50,143 bases of DNA from Kiritimatiellia bacterium (GTDB taxonomy: Bacteria > Verrucomicrobiota > Kiritimatiellia > CAIKKV01). Location of the stretch: assembly GCA_044346855.1 (NCBI GenBank), contig JBIIYJ010000004.1, positions 1 to 50,143 of the forward strand. Direction: 5' to 3'. Below, piece after piece: positions 1-9,245 of this stretch. A model generated the notes under the pieces. The model was not told the DNA's origin. It did not search any database and worked only from the letters and a program-made list of their open reading frames with translations. How positions within the stretch are numbered: position 1 is the stretch's first letter; every line of letters begins with the position of its first letter. The translations under genes and the position numbers were made by a program.

Positions 1-821
1 GCGGGGTTGATGGTCCACTTGCCCATATCGTCCAGCCCGTAGGCGCCGTAAACGCCGCCCTCGCAAAGCAGCGGGATCAGCCGGTCGGCGTTCCCGATCC
101 GGCCCACGGAGTCGACGATGAAATCGTAGCCGCCCCGGGGCGTGCCCGCCTTGATCTCGGGGTCCACCGGGTTGCGCTTGTAGTCGGCGAACTTGGTCAC
201 GCCCAGCTTCCGCGCCCGGTCCTCGAACGCGGGCGAGCCGATCATGCCCACCACCGAGGCGCCCAGGAGCCGCGCCATGGCCGCAAAGGAGAGTCCGTTC
301 CCGCCGGAGCCGGCCACCAGAACGGAGGCGCCGGGCGTGACGCCCATCTTGATCAGATAGGAGAGCGTTTCGCGCCAGGTCGTGAACATGGGGCCCGCGG
401 TCGGGTCCATGCCATGCGGCAGCACCTGGTTCCATCGGCTGCCCTGCCACTCCTCGGGCGGAAGGCCGTCGGCGCACATGGCCCAGTGGTCCTTGGCGAT
501 GCCCATGTCCGCGAATCCGCCCCAGGTCACGGAAATGGCCCCGTCCCGGGAGGGCGGGGTTCCGACGCGGGTGACCAGGTCGCCGATCCGGTAATGCCGG
601 ACCTTGCGCCCCAGCGCCACCACGCGGCCCACGGATTCATGGCCGAGCACGGTCGGCAGCTTCGAAATCCACGGGAACACCCCGTCCAGGATGTGAAGGT
701 CCGTTCCCGTGCAGGTGCTGCCGTACAGCAGCTCGCAGAGGGCCTCGTAATCCCCCGGCACGGGCTCCGGCATGGTCTTCACCGTGATGGAGCCGAACGA
801 CTCGATAATGGCAGCTTTCAT
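1..821 (-). CDS. Zn-dependent medium-chain dehydrogenase/reductase (MDR) family, runs off window start
   Basis: Manual translation (not in ORF track): MKAAIIESFGSITVKTMPEP..STCTGTDLH..LGHESVGRVV..VLVAGSGGNG; catalytic Cys, GHE motif and Rossmann glycine motif; AGGAG RBS upstream. Confidence 0.85.
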   Translation of the reverse strand, partial: MKAAIIESFGSITVKTMPEPVPGDYEALCELLYGSTCTGTDLHILDGVFPWISKLPTVLGHESVGRVVALGRKVRHYRIGDLVTRVGTPPSRDGAISVTWGGFADMGIAKDHWAMCADGLPPEEWQGSRWNQVLPHGMDPTAGPMFTTWRETLSYLIKMGVTPGASVLVAGSGGNGLSFAAMARLLGASVVGMIGSPAFEDRARKLGVTKFADYKRNPVDPEIKAGTPRGGYDFIVDSVGRIGNADRLIPLLCEGGVYGAYGLDDMGKWTINP

Positions 822-833
822 CTGTCTCCTTTA

Positions 834-1832
834 TCAGGCAACGCCCATGCCGCGATACCCGCGCGGATTCGGCATGAACCAGCCGATGCCGAACGGCTCC
901 CCGAAAGGGCGGGACGGCACGAGCGCCGCGATGGCGTCAAGCGCCCGCAGCACGTCGGGCGGCAAGGGGCCCTTCTCCACGGCGGCCACATTCTGCTCCA
1001 CCTCCCGGGCCGACCGGGCGCCCATCAGGACGCAGTCCGCCAGCGGCTGGGACAAAATGAACCGCAGCCCCATCTCGGGGAGCGGAAGGCCCGCCTCCCG
1101 AGACAGCGCATACAGCGCCTTCAGCTGGCCGCGCCGAGCCTGCGACAGCCAGTAGACGCCCGGGTCGGCGACCGCCTCGTCGAAACAGCGCGCGAAGAGG
1201 CCCTGCTGGAGCGGCGAGCCGATGACGACGCCCATGTTCTGGGAACGGGCCGCCGGCATGACCTCGCTGGCGGATTCCCGGTACAGCAGGCTGTAGTTGT
1301 AAGCCGTCAGGACCACGTCGAACTTGCCGGTGCGGCACAGGAACGCCAGCTCCGATACCGTGGTCCCGCCGAGTCCGGTGAAACGGATCACGCCCTGCTT
1401 CTTCAACTCGTCCAGCACACCCAGAACCGGCCCCTGCAGGGCGTGCCAGTCCGTCCACCAGTCGTACTGCCCGGGGCGGTCGGGCTCGTGGATCATGAGA
1501 ATGTCGATGACCTCGCGGCCCAGCAGGCGCAGGCTCTCCTTGACCGACTCCATGAGCTGGGCGGGGTTGCGCGGATCGAACGGCTTCGGGCGGCCGCCCA
1601 GCTTGGTGGAGAGGATCACGGGCTTGTCGACCCCCTTGAGGCACTGCCCCAGCACCTCCTCGCTGTTGTGGTAGCCGGGCGCCGTATCGATGTAATTGAC
1701 GCCCAGGTCGACCGCGCGGCTGACCGCCCGCCTGGCTTCCTCCAGCTCGGTCGCGAAGCCGGCCACGAAGAGTCCGCCCAGGGACAGCTTGCCGACCTTG
1801 AGTCCCGTCCTGCCCAACGTCACGGTTTCCAT
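834..1832 (-). CDS. Aldo/keto reductase
   Basis: LGRTGLKVGKLSLG, GVNYIDTAPGY, LSTKLG, IDILMIHEPD motifs; AAGGAG RBS. Confidence 0.9.
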   Translation of the reverse strand: METVTLGRTGLKVGKLSLGGLFVAGFATELEEARRAVSRAVDLGVNYIDTAPGYHNSEEVLGQCLKGVDKPVILSTKLGGRPKPFDPRNPAQLMESVKESLRLLGREVIDILMIHEPDRPGQYDWWTDWHALQGPVLGVLDELKKQGVIRFTGLGGTTVSELAFLCRTGKFDVVLTAYNYSLLYRESASEVMPAARSQNMGVVIGSPLQQGLFARCFDEAVADPGVYWLSQARRGQLKALYALSREAGLPLPEMGLRFILSQPLADCVLMGARSAREVEQNVAAVEKGPLPPDVLRALDAIAALVPSRPFGEPFGIGWFMPNPRGYRGMGVA

Positions 1833-1916
1833 GGTGTGCTCCTTACGGATTCGACTCCAAACATCCTACTCTATCGGGCTTTTCTTTTTCAGTCAATTCT
1901 GTCAACATGCTTGATT

Positions 1917-3305
1917 ATGAATTCCCGCGCGTTCCCCATCGGTCCCGTTCCCACCGGGCGCCAGCTCGCCTGGCACCGCCTTGAGGTCTACGGGTTTATC
2001 CATTTCACCGTCAACACGTTCACCGACAAGGAATGGGGCTACGGGGACGAGGATCCCGCCCTCTTCAATCCGACCGCGTTCGACGCGGACCAGATTGCCG
2101 AGACGGCGGCCGCGGGCGGCTTAAAGGGGCTGATCCTCACCTGCAAGCACCACGACGGGTTCTGCCTCTGGCCCACCGGGGCCACGACCCATTCCGTGGC
2201 GGCCAGCGCCTGGCTGAACGGCGGCGGCAATGTCGTCCGCGCGATGGCGGAGGCGTGCGAGCGGGCCCGCATCAAATTCGGCGTCTACCTGTCCCCCTGG
2301 GACCGCAACCACCCGGCCTACGGAACCCCGGCTTACCTGAAAGTCTACCGCCGCCAGCTGCGCGAGCTGCTGACGGAATACGGCCCGCTCTTCGAGGTGT
2401 GGTTCGACGGCGCCAACGGCGGCGACGGCTTCTACGGCGGCGCCCGGGGAAAAAGATCCATCGATCCGCGCACCTATTACGACTGGGAAACCACCTGGCG
2501 CCTGGTGCGGGAGTGCCAGCCGGACGCGTGCATGTTCAGCGACGCCGGGCCCGACGTCCGCTGGGTCGGCAACGAGTCCGGTTTCGCCGGCGATCCCTGC
2601 TGGTCGACGATCACGAAAGGCCGGTTCGTGCCCGGGGTGGCGGATACCGCCATCCTGCAAAGCGGCGAGCGCACGGGGGACGCCTGGCTCCCGGCGGAGT
2701 GCGACGTATCGATCCGCCCCGGCTGGTTCTACCATGCCGCCGAGGACGCCCGCGTGCGCACGCCCGACAACCTGCTGGAACTCTACTTCAAGTCGGTCGG
2801 ACGCGGCGCCTCGCTGCTGATCAATCTGCCGCCCGACCGGCGGGGGCTGATTCCCGAGGCGGACCGGTCCTCCCTTCTGGAATTCAAGCGGCGGCTGGAT
2901 GCGCTGCTCGGCGTCAACCTGGCGCTCGGAGCCGCGGCCGAGGGACCGGCCGCCGGAACCGACAGCCGCCACGCCCCCGCCCGCCTGGTGGATGGCGACG
3001 CCGCCACCTTCTGGTCACCGGGCGACGGCCAGCCGGCCGAGGTGGAGTTTACCTTCCCCCGCCCCGTCCGCTTCGACGTGATCGGGCTGCGGGAACACCT
3101 GCCGTTCGGGCAGCGGGTGGACGCGTTCGCGGTGGACGCCTGGGACGGCGCCGGCTACCGGGAGATCGCGGCGGCCGAGGCGATCGGAAACCGGCGGCTC
3201 CTGCGCGTCCCGGACGTCACCGCCACCCGCGTGCGGCTGCGCATCACCCAGTCGTCCGCCAGTCCTGCCCTCTCGGAATTTTCACTCTATAAGGGAGAAT
3301 CATGA
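1917..3305 (+). CDS. GH29 alpha-L-fucosidase with C-terminal F5/8-type domain
   Basis: FIHFTVNTFTDKEWGYG, LTCKHHDGFCLWP, YLSPWDRN, EVWFDGA, PAECDVSIRPGWFYH; start taken at ATG 1917 inside ORF 414..3305. Confidence 0.92.
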   Translation: MNSRAFPIGPVPTGRQLAWHRLEVYGFIHFTVNTFTDKEWGYGDEDPALFNPTAFDADQIAETAAAGGLKGLILTCKHHDGFCLWPTGATTHSVAASAWLNGGGNVVRAMAEACERARIKFGVYLSPWDRNHPAYGTPAYLKVYRRQLRELLTEYGPLFEVWFDGANGGDGFYGGARGKRSIDPRTYYDWETTWRLVRECQPDACMFSDAGPDVRWVGNESGFAGDPCWSTITKGRFVPGVADTAILQSGERTGDAWLPAECDVSIRPGWFYHAAEDARVRTPDNLLELYFKSVGRGASLLINLPPDRRGLIPEADRSSLLEFKRRLDALLGVNLALGAAAEGPAAGTDSRHAPARLVDGDAATFWSPGDGQPAEVEFTFPRPVRFDVIGLREHLPFGQRVDAFAVDAWDGAGYREIAAAEAIGNRRLLRVPDVTATRVRLRITQSSASPALSEFSLYKGES

Positions 3306-4387
3306 AGAAGCCCATGACGTCCAAGGAACGCGTGCTGACGGCGCTGCACCGCCAGGAGCCGGACCGCGTGCCGCTCAATTATGCGTCGAACCCCGGCATT
3401 GATAGCCGGCTGAAGGAGCATTTCGGACTGAAGCCGAACGAGGGAGAAGCGCTCAGGAAGGCGCTGGGCGTCGATTTCCGCGGCATCGGGGCCCCCTACA
3501 CGGGACCGCGCCTGCATGCGGACATCCCGGAGCGCGGGATCAAGGTGGACGACTGGGGCATTCACCGCCGCTGGGTGGAACATCCGTCGGGCGGGTACTG
3601 GGACTATTGCGATTTCCCCCTGCGCGACGCCACGGAGGAGGAGGTCGCGGCTTGGCCGATGCCCGATCCCGATCACTTCGATTACTCCGGCATCGCGGAC
3701 CAGTGCAAGGCGCTCAAGGAATACTGCGTCCATTGCGGCGGCGCCGGCATCGGCGACATCATCAACAGCACCGGCATGCTGCGCAACATGGAGCAGGTCC
3801 TGGTGGACCTGATCACGGACGAGCCCGCCGGCCTGCTGATCGGCCAGCGGCGCAGCGCCATCTACCTGCGCATCATGGAGCGGACGCTGGCCGCGGCCAA
3901 GGGCGGGATCGACCTGCTCTGGATGGGCGAGGACCTGGGCACGCAGATCGCGCCGATCATCAGCCTGGACCTGTATCGGAAACACATCCGCCCCCTGCAC
4001 AAGAGCTTCATCGACATGGCGGCCAGCTTCAACGTGCCGGTCATCATCCACACGTGCGGCTCGAGCAGCTGGGTCTACAACGACTTCATCGACATGGGCG
4101 TCACGGCCGTGGATACGCTGCAGCCCGAGGCTGTGAACATGTCGCCCGAGCACCTCAAGAAGACCTACGGCCACCGCCTCGCCTTCCACGGCTGCATTTC
4201 CACCGCCGGCCCCCTGGCGACGGGGTCGCCCGAGGAGGTGAAAGCCTATTGCCGCCGCACGCTGGAAATCATGATGCCCGGAGGCGGCTACTGCATGGCG
4301 CCCACCCACCAGATCCAGGACAATTCCCCGGTCGAAAACGTGCTCGCGATGTACGAGATCGGGAAAACCGCGGGCCGGTATGGATAA
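3302..4387 (+). CDS. Uroporphyrinogen decarboxylase-like (URO-D/MtaA-CmuA superfamily) protein
   Basis: MTSKERVLTALHRQEPDRVP start, GEDLGTQ, IIHTCGS, GGYCMAPTHQIQ; ATGA overlap with the fucosidase stop. Confidence 0.85.
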   Translation: MKKPMTSKERVLTALHRQEPDRVPLNYASNPGIDSRLKEHFGLKPNEGEALRKALGVDFRGIGAPYTGPRLHADIPERGIKVDDWGIHRRWVEHPSGGYWDYCDFPLRDATEEEVAAWPMPDPDHFDYSGIADQCKALKEYCVHCGGAGIGDIINSTGMLRNMEQVLVDLITDEPAGLLIGQRRSAIYLRIMERTLAAAKGGIDLLWMGEDLGTQIAPIISLDLYRKHIRPLHKSFIDMAASFNVPVIIHTCGSSSWVYNDFIDMGVTAVDTLQPEAVNMSPEHLKKTYGHRLAFHGCISTAGPLATGSPEEVKAYCRRTLEIMMPGGGYCMAPTHQIQDNSPVENVLAMYEIGKTAGRYG

Positions 4388-5303
4388 AGGTTCGACCTGG
4401 GCGACCGCGGCCGGCTTCGGGGCCATCCTCCTGTGGAGCGCCACGGTGGCGCTGAGCCGCAGCCTCTCCGAGCAGTTCGGGCCGCTGCTGACGGGCGCGC
4501 TCGTTTTCACCTGCTCCGGACTCCTGACCCTGGCCTTCACCCGGCTGCGGGCAGGCAGCCGGACCGGCTCGGACACCGGCACCCCGTTCAGCTATCGGTA
4601 TTACCTGGGCTGCGGCGGCCTGTTCCTCATTTATACCGTGTCCTTCTACCTGGCCATCGGGCTGGCCCGGGATCGCGCGCAGGCGGTCGAGCTGGCCCTG
4701 CTGAACTACCTCTGGCCGTCCCTGACGATCCTGTTCTCCGCGTTGCTGCTGCCGGTGAAAGCCTCCTGGGTCCTGCTGCCGGGGCTCTGCCTGGCGTTCG
4801 GGGGAATCGTGGTGGTGATGATCCCGGCGCAGGGCGCGGGCTGGGCCTTCTTCCTCGACCACGTGGCCGGCAATCCCGCCGCCTACGCCTCCGCTTTCAC
4901 GGCCGGCGTCACCTGGGCCGTCTACTCCGTGCTGACCCGGCGGTGGGCCCCGGCCGGCGGCGGGGGCGCGCCGTATTTCATGGTCCTGTCGGGCCTCGCC
5001 CTGGCGGGACTGGCGGCGGCGAAGGGGACGGACTGGGGGGCGCTCAAGCTGCGGAACGGAATCGAGCCGGTTTTCCTGATCCTGTCAACCGCCGTCGCCT
5101 ACGCCTTCTGGGATATCGCCATGCGGCGGGGCAAGGTGACGCGCGTGGCCGCGGCCTCCAATTTCACGCCCCTCTTCTCCACGCTGGTCAGCTGCGCCTA
5201 CCTCGGTGTCACCCCCGCTCCCCGCGTCTGGATCGGCAGCCTCCTGATCGCGGCCGGTTCGCTGGTCTGCTGGAGGTCGGTCAGGGAAAGCAGTGAGCAG
5301 TAA
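4380..5303 (+). CDS. EamA/DMT family transporter (YddG-like)
   Basis: About 10 hydrophobic segments; AILLWS, LLNYLWP, AYAFWDIAMRRG motifs. Confidence 0.85.
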   Translation: MDKGSTWATAAGFGAILLWSATVALSRSLSEQFGPLLTGALVFTCSGLLTLAFTRLRAGSRTGSDTGTPFSYRYYLGCGGLFLIYTVSFYLAIGLARDRAQAVELALLNYLWPSLTILFSALLLPVKASWVLLPGLCLAFGGIVVVMIPAQGAGWAFFLDHVAGNPAAYASAFTAGVTWAVYSVLTRRWAPAGGGGAPYFMVLSGLALAGLAAAKGTDWGALKLRNGIEPVFLILSTAVAYAFWDIAMRRGKVTRVAAASNFTPLFSTLVSCAYLGVTPAPRVWIGSLLIAAGSLVCWRSVRESSEQ

Positions 5304-5332
5304 TCAGTGATCGGCGGTCAGTGATCGGTGGT
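5291..5332. repeat. Degenerate heptamer tandem repeat, 6 units
   Basis: CAGTGAG CAGTAAT CAGTGAT CGGCGGT CAGTGAT CGGTGGT read directly. Confidence 0.65.
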
Positions 5333-5342
5333 CACGCCATTC

Positions 5343-5377
5343 TTCCAGTATGTCCATTATTACTGGACATACTGGAA
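5343..5377. promoter_or_regulatory. Perfect 14-bp inverted repeat, probable AbiEi autoregulatory operator
   Basis: TTCCAGTATGTCCA-N7-TGGACATACTGGAA just upstream of abiEi, overlapping a putative -35 (TGGACA 5364-5369); putative -10 TACCTT 5388-5393. Confidence 0.7.
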
Positions 5378-5398
5378 TATTTTTGATTACCTTATTCC

Positions 5399-6049
5399 GT
5401 GAACGCAATCGACACACTGCGCCAGGCCCAGGACCGGGAGATCTTCGACTATCGGCAGTTGATGGATTCCCTGCGGGCGTACGCCAAGCCGCGCGACAAG
5501 ATCGGCGCACTGATGGCGCAGGGGGTCATTGTCCGGGTCAAAAAGGGGCTCTACGTTTTCGGCGATACCCGGCGCCGCCAGCCCGTCTGCCTCGAGCTTC
5601 TCGCCAACCTCATATACGGCCCGTCCTACGTCAGCCTGGAGTACGCCCTCAGCCGCCACGGGCTGATCCCGGAAGGGGTCCGCACTGTCACAAGCGTCAC
5701 CTGCGGCAAGGCTCGCCGCTTCCAGACTCCTTTCGGACTCTTCACCTATCGGCCGCTCCCCATGGCCGCCTATCCTGCCGGCATCACCCAGGAGGAAAAC
5801 GGGACCGACACTTATCTCATCGCAACACCCGAAAAGGCGCTGGCCGATTTCGTCTGGGCGGACCGCCGTTTTCGCCCCGGGGACCCCGCTGAGTTCGAGG
5901 ACTACCTGATCGGCGACATGCGCATGGATCCTGACCGGCTGAAGAAGCTGAATTTGAGTTCGTTAGAGGAGATTGCCCGGGGATACGACAATCCCCGGAT
6001 CGCCAAGCTGCTTGTGTTTCTGCAGAAATCGCGGAGGAAAGGCCGATGA
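5399..6049 (+). CDS. Type IV TA antitoxin, AbiEi family
   Basis: IVRVKKGLYV, PSYVSLEYALSRHGLIPE, IATPEKALAD; overlaps the AbiEii gene. Confidence 0.85.
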   Translation: MNAIDTLRQAQDREIFDYRQLMDSLRAYAKPRDKIGALMAQGVIVRVKKGLYVFGDTRRRQPVCLELLANLIYGPSYVSLEYALSRHGLIPEGVRTVTSVTCGKARRFQTPFGLFTYRPLPMAAYPAGITQEENGTDTYLIATPEKALADFVWADRRFRPGDPAEFEDYLIGDMRMDPDRLKKLNLSSLEEIARGYDNPRIAKLLVFLQKSRRKGR

Positions 6050-6921
6050 ACGAAGCCGTCCGGTTGATGTTGAACCGCTATCCCTGCAAAACCCATGACG
6101 ATTACCTGAATGCCCTCCGTGAAATCCTGCAGGAACTCGCGTTACTGGGGTTGTGGAGAAGCAAGTTTTTCGAACATGCAGCTTTCTACGGCGGCACGGC
6201 CTTGCGCATCCTGCATGGCCTTGACCGCTATTCCGAAGATCTCGATTTTTCCCTGCTCAAGCCGGATCCCCGGTTCACGCTCGTTCGGTATGGCGATGCC
6301 TTGAAAAATGAACTGCAAAGCTTCGGATTCGATGTTCGCTTCGCCCGGAAAAGCCCCGAAAGGAAGGGGACCGCGATTGAGTCCGCTTTTTTAAAGGCCG
6401 ATTCCGTTCAACAACTGCTTGTCCTGGAAGCCTCCCCTGAACTGGTGGCGGCCCTGCCCCGGAACCGGCAACTGACCATCAAACTGGAAGTTGATACCGA
6501 TCCGCCCCCTTGCTTCGCGACGGAAACGAAATACGTTCTTCAGCCCGTGCCCTTTGCTGTCCGGACTTACACCCTGCCCGATCTCTTTGCCGGCAAAATG
6601 CACGCCGTGCTATGCAGGAAATGGAAAAACCGGGTCAAGGGGCGCGACTGGTACGACTTGGTCTGGTACGCCGGTCGCCATCCCGTATTGAATCTGCATC
6701 ATCTGGAAGCCCGGATGCGTCAATCAGGCCACTACACGTCCACCGAGGCGCTGACGCCGGACGAGTTCCGCCGCCGTCTCTCAGACGCCGTAGCCCGCTT
6801 GAACATCAAACAGGCGGCGGCCGAAGTCGAACCCTTTGTCCGGGACCAGGACTCCATACGCCTGTGGTCGACCGATTTTTTTGAATGCCTCATCCCCCGC
6901 ATAACATTCGGGTCTTATTGA
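6046..6921 (+). CDS. Type IV TA toxin, AbiEii/AbiGii nucleotidyltransferase
   Basis: FYGGTALRILHGLDRYSEDLDFS, LFAGKMHAVLCR, KGRDWYDL. Confidence 0.92.
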   Translation: MNEAVRLMLNRYPCKTHDDYLNALREILQELALLGLWRSKFFEHAAFYGGTALRILHGLDRYSEDLDFSLLKPDPRFTLVRYGDALKNELQSFGFDVRFARKSPERKGTAIESAFLKADSVQQLLVLEASPELVAALPRNRQLTIKLEVDTDPPPCFATETKYVLQPVPFAVRTYTLPDLFAGKMHAVLCRKWKNRVKGRDWYDLVWYAGRHPVLNLHHLEARMRQSGHYTSTEALTPDEFRRRLSDAVARLNIKQAAAEVEPFVRDQDSIRLWSTDFFECLIPRITFGSY

Positions 6922-7043
6922 CGCTTTCCAGAACACCAATCCACACGAGGAAAATCATCAACTCTGCGGCCTCAACTCTTCACTCCGGACTGAGGGGACT
7001 CTGCGTTGGATGGTGATCCGGCTTTCGCATGTGTCGTAGTCCC

Positions 7044-8402
7044 TTAAACGGAAACAGGGAAGACGGGTTTCTTCGGCGCCTTCCCGGGCAGGATGAAGCG
7101 AAGGAAGACGCCCTGGCCCTTGCCGTGATCGGTATTCAGGGCAACCAGCACGCTGTGCTGCCCTTTTTTCAAGCTGAGTTCTATCTTGCTCCGGTCCGGG
7201 TTGGCCGGATTCGAACGAACAGGCTGATCGATCACCAGCCGGCCGTCCACGAACAGGCGGGCCCCGCCATCGTGGCCGAGGGCCGTGATCCAGCGGCCGG
7301 ACCGGGCCACGGAGATGCGCGCGGACAGCAGGGCGATCCCGTTGGCGGTCCCGTGAAGCTCCGTGACGGTGGCAAACCCCTCGGGCACGGCCACGGTTCT
7401 CAGCGGTTTCCATGTCAGGGTTTCGTCGCGGGCCGTCGCGTCCGTCACCTCGCCTAGCGGCATTGAAAGAAGGTTCGACACCGACCACTGCGCGACAAAC
7501 GGCGAGAGCCGGCGGTCTTCCACGTTGGGTTCCTTGAGGAACGGCTGGGTCCAGGCCATGGCGGCGCCTTTTCCGAAGGCCACGAAACGGACGTACTTGG
7601 CGTGCGCGCTTTGGACAGTGGCAAAATCGAATTCCATGCGGTTGGAAAGCACTTTCTCCATCCGGGCGCCCCATTCGCCGATGGCCCAGATCTCCTGGGC
7701 GTCCGGTGACGAGACCGTGATGCGTGTGCCCTCGCGCCGGATGTCGTCGAACGTGGCGCCGGTGCTGCAATAGAAATTGCCTTCCTTGATGGCCGTTAAG
7801 ATGGCCCTTGGCGTGCGGGAGGCCGCCCGCACTACGTTCCAGGCCTGGCCGATGTGCTTCAGGCTGTGGGCGTCGTCGTTGGCAAACCCGAGCACCATCC
7901 TGCGGCGCGACAGCAGATAGTCCCATTTTTCCGTGGCCAGGGCGGCGCCGGCTCCGAAGTCGACCAGCCCGTTGTAGATCTCCAGGCCTTCGCAGGACAG
8001 GCTTCGCTCGTACAAGGTTTCGCGGCTGTAGTGAGGGGGCTCCCGCCAGTTGGGATGGTTCATCACCACCAGGACCGGTTTCTTTTTCAGCGACTTCAAC
8101 ACCTTTTCCGTATCCTGGGACGCCGCGCTGCGAACCAGCGTCGGACAGTCGAAGGAGATCATGTTCATGTGGTCGCCGGTTTTCGAATTCCATTCGAAGC
8201 CGGGCAGGACCAGAATGCGGTTTCCCTTGGGCGGTTTAGGCAGGGTTAGCTTGCGGTGATCCGAGATGCAGATGAAATCATAACCGAGTTTGCCGTAGGT
8301 GCTGAAAATCTCATCCTGCGTCATGCCCTCGCCCGAGTGCGTGTGCAGGTTGCCCTTCAACCAGGCGCCCTTGCGGTTCTTGTAGGGATTGATCCAGTTC
8401 AT
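7044..8402 (-). CDS. PHP-domain (CehA/McbA-like) metallohydrolase with extra C-terminal beta domain
   Basis: WLKGNLHTHS, ISDH, NHP, NDDAH; start taken at MNWINPY (8402). Confidence 0.8.
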   Translation of the reverse strand: MNWINPYKNRKGAWLKGNLHTHSGEGMTQDEIFSTYGKLGYDFICISDHRKLTLPKPPKGNRILVLPGFEWNSKTGDHMNMISFDCPTLVRSAASQDTEKVLKSLKKKPVLVVMNHPNWREPPHYSRETLYERSLSCEGLEIYNGLVDFGAGAALATEKWDYLLSRRRMVLGFANDDAHSLKHIGQAWNVVRAASRTPRAILTAIKEGNFYCSTGATFDDIRREGTRITVSSPDAQEIWAIGEWGARMEKVLSNRMEFDFATVQSAHAKYVRFVAFGKGAAMAWTQPFLKEPNVEDRRLSPFVAQWSVSNLLSMPLGEVTDATARDETLTWKPLRTVAVPEGFATVTELHGTANGIALLSARISVARSGRWITALGHDGGARLFVDGRLVIDQPVRSNPANPDRSKIELSLKKGQHSVLVALNTDHGKGQGVFLRFILPGKAPKKPVFPVSV

Positions 8403-8512
8403 GTGCAGCCTCGTTTTCGCGTTAATGAATAAACGGTACCCGAAGGCTGAAATGGCGGCAAGCCGCGATTTTACCGCGATTTTACCCGGCGGGGGGCCGA
8501 GACATGAACGTA

Positions 8513-8540
8513 TTGACATCCATTTTGAATGTGTTATGGT
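8513..8540 (+). promoter_or_regulatory. Sigma70-type promoter, probably leaderless
   Basis: TTGACA-16-TATGGT with upstream TG, 7 nt before ATG 8548; no SD. Confidence 0.6.
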
Positions 8541-8547
8541 TTTTACT

Positions 8548-8787
8548 ATGAATACGATCACGCTCAAGGATGTGCCACCGGCTTTGCACAGCAGCTTGAA
8601 AGCGCGAGCCAGGGAAAACGGACGCAGCTTGAATCGCGAAGTGCTCGTCACGCTTGAAAATGCGCTCCGCAGCAAACCCCTCGACGTTGAAACCCTGGCG
8701 AACCGGGCCCGAACCGTCCGGGAATCCGCCGGAGTCTATGTCACTCGCGACGACCTGACCGCCATGAAAAACAAGGGACGCGCATGA
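8548..8787 (+). CDS. Arc/FitA-like ribbon-helix-helix antitoxin
   Basis: MNTITLKDVPPALHSSLKARARENGRSLNREV; ATGA-coupled to a PIN gene. Confidence 0.85.
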   Translation: MNTITLKDVPPALHSSLKARARENGRSLNREVLVTLENALRSKPLDVETLANRARTVRESAGVYVTRDDLTAMKNKGRA

Positions 8788-9245
8788 TTGTCGTCGATGT
8801 CAACGTCCTGGCCTACCTGTGGCTCCCGGGCGACATGACCCTGTACGCGGAACGGACTCTTCACCGCGACCCGGAGTGGATTGCGCCGTTTCTGTGGCGG
8901 TCGGAGTTCCGCAACATCCTGGCGGGCTACATGCGGCGGGGGACTCTTACCGTTGAGGCAGCAAGGCGCTCCCTGGAAGGCGCGGAATCGCAAATGACGG
9001 ATCGCGAATTCATCATTCCGTCCGCCCGGATTCTGCCGCTTCTTTCCGCGACCCGGTGTTCGGCTTACGATTGCGAATACGCCGCCCTCGCGCTGGACCG
9101 CGGCGTGCCGCTTGTCACGGCGGACGAAGGATTGCTCGACGCATTCCCCCATGTCGCGATTCGTTTGCGGACATTCGGCGGTCCGTCGGCACGTGACAAA
9201 ACAAGTGGGTATGGACGTTTGACTCTATCAGGGGGGAAGGCATGA
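8784..9245 (+). CDS. PIN-domain (VapC-like) toxin
   Basis: MIVVDVNVLAY, SEFRNIL, CSAYDCEYAALA, LVTADEGLL. Confidence 0.88.
   Translation: MIVVDVNVLAYLWLPGDMTLYAERTLHRDPEWIAPFLWRSEFRNILAGYMRRGTLTVEAARRSLEGAESQMTDREFIIPSARILPLLSATRCSAYDCEYAALALDRGVPLVTADEGLLDAFPHVAIRLRTFGGPSARDKTSGYGRLTLSGGKA

Noticed and set aside
414-1916. N-terminal 501 aa of the 963-aa ORF
   Set aside because: Antisense shadow of the MDR and AKR genes; the fucosidase starts at 1917.
3302-4387. hemE assignment
   Set aside because: Lacks the RQAGR motif and any heme-pathway context.
6922-7043. Two ACTCTGCG copies after abiEii as a possible cassette end or attC
   Set aside because: Too short, and no attC-like inverted structure could be supported.
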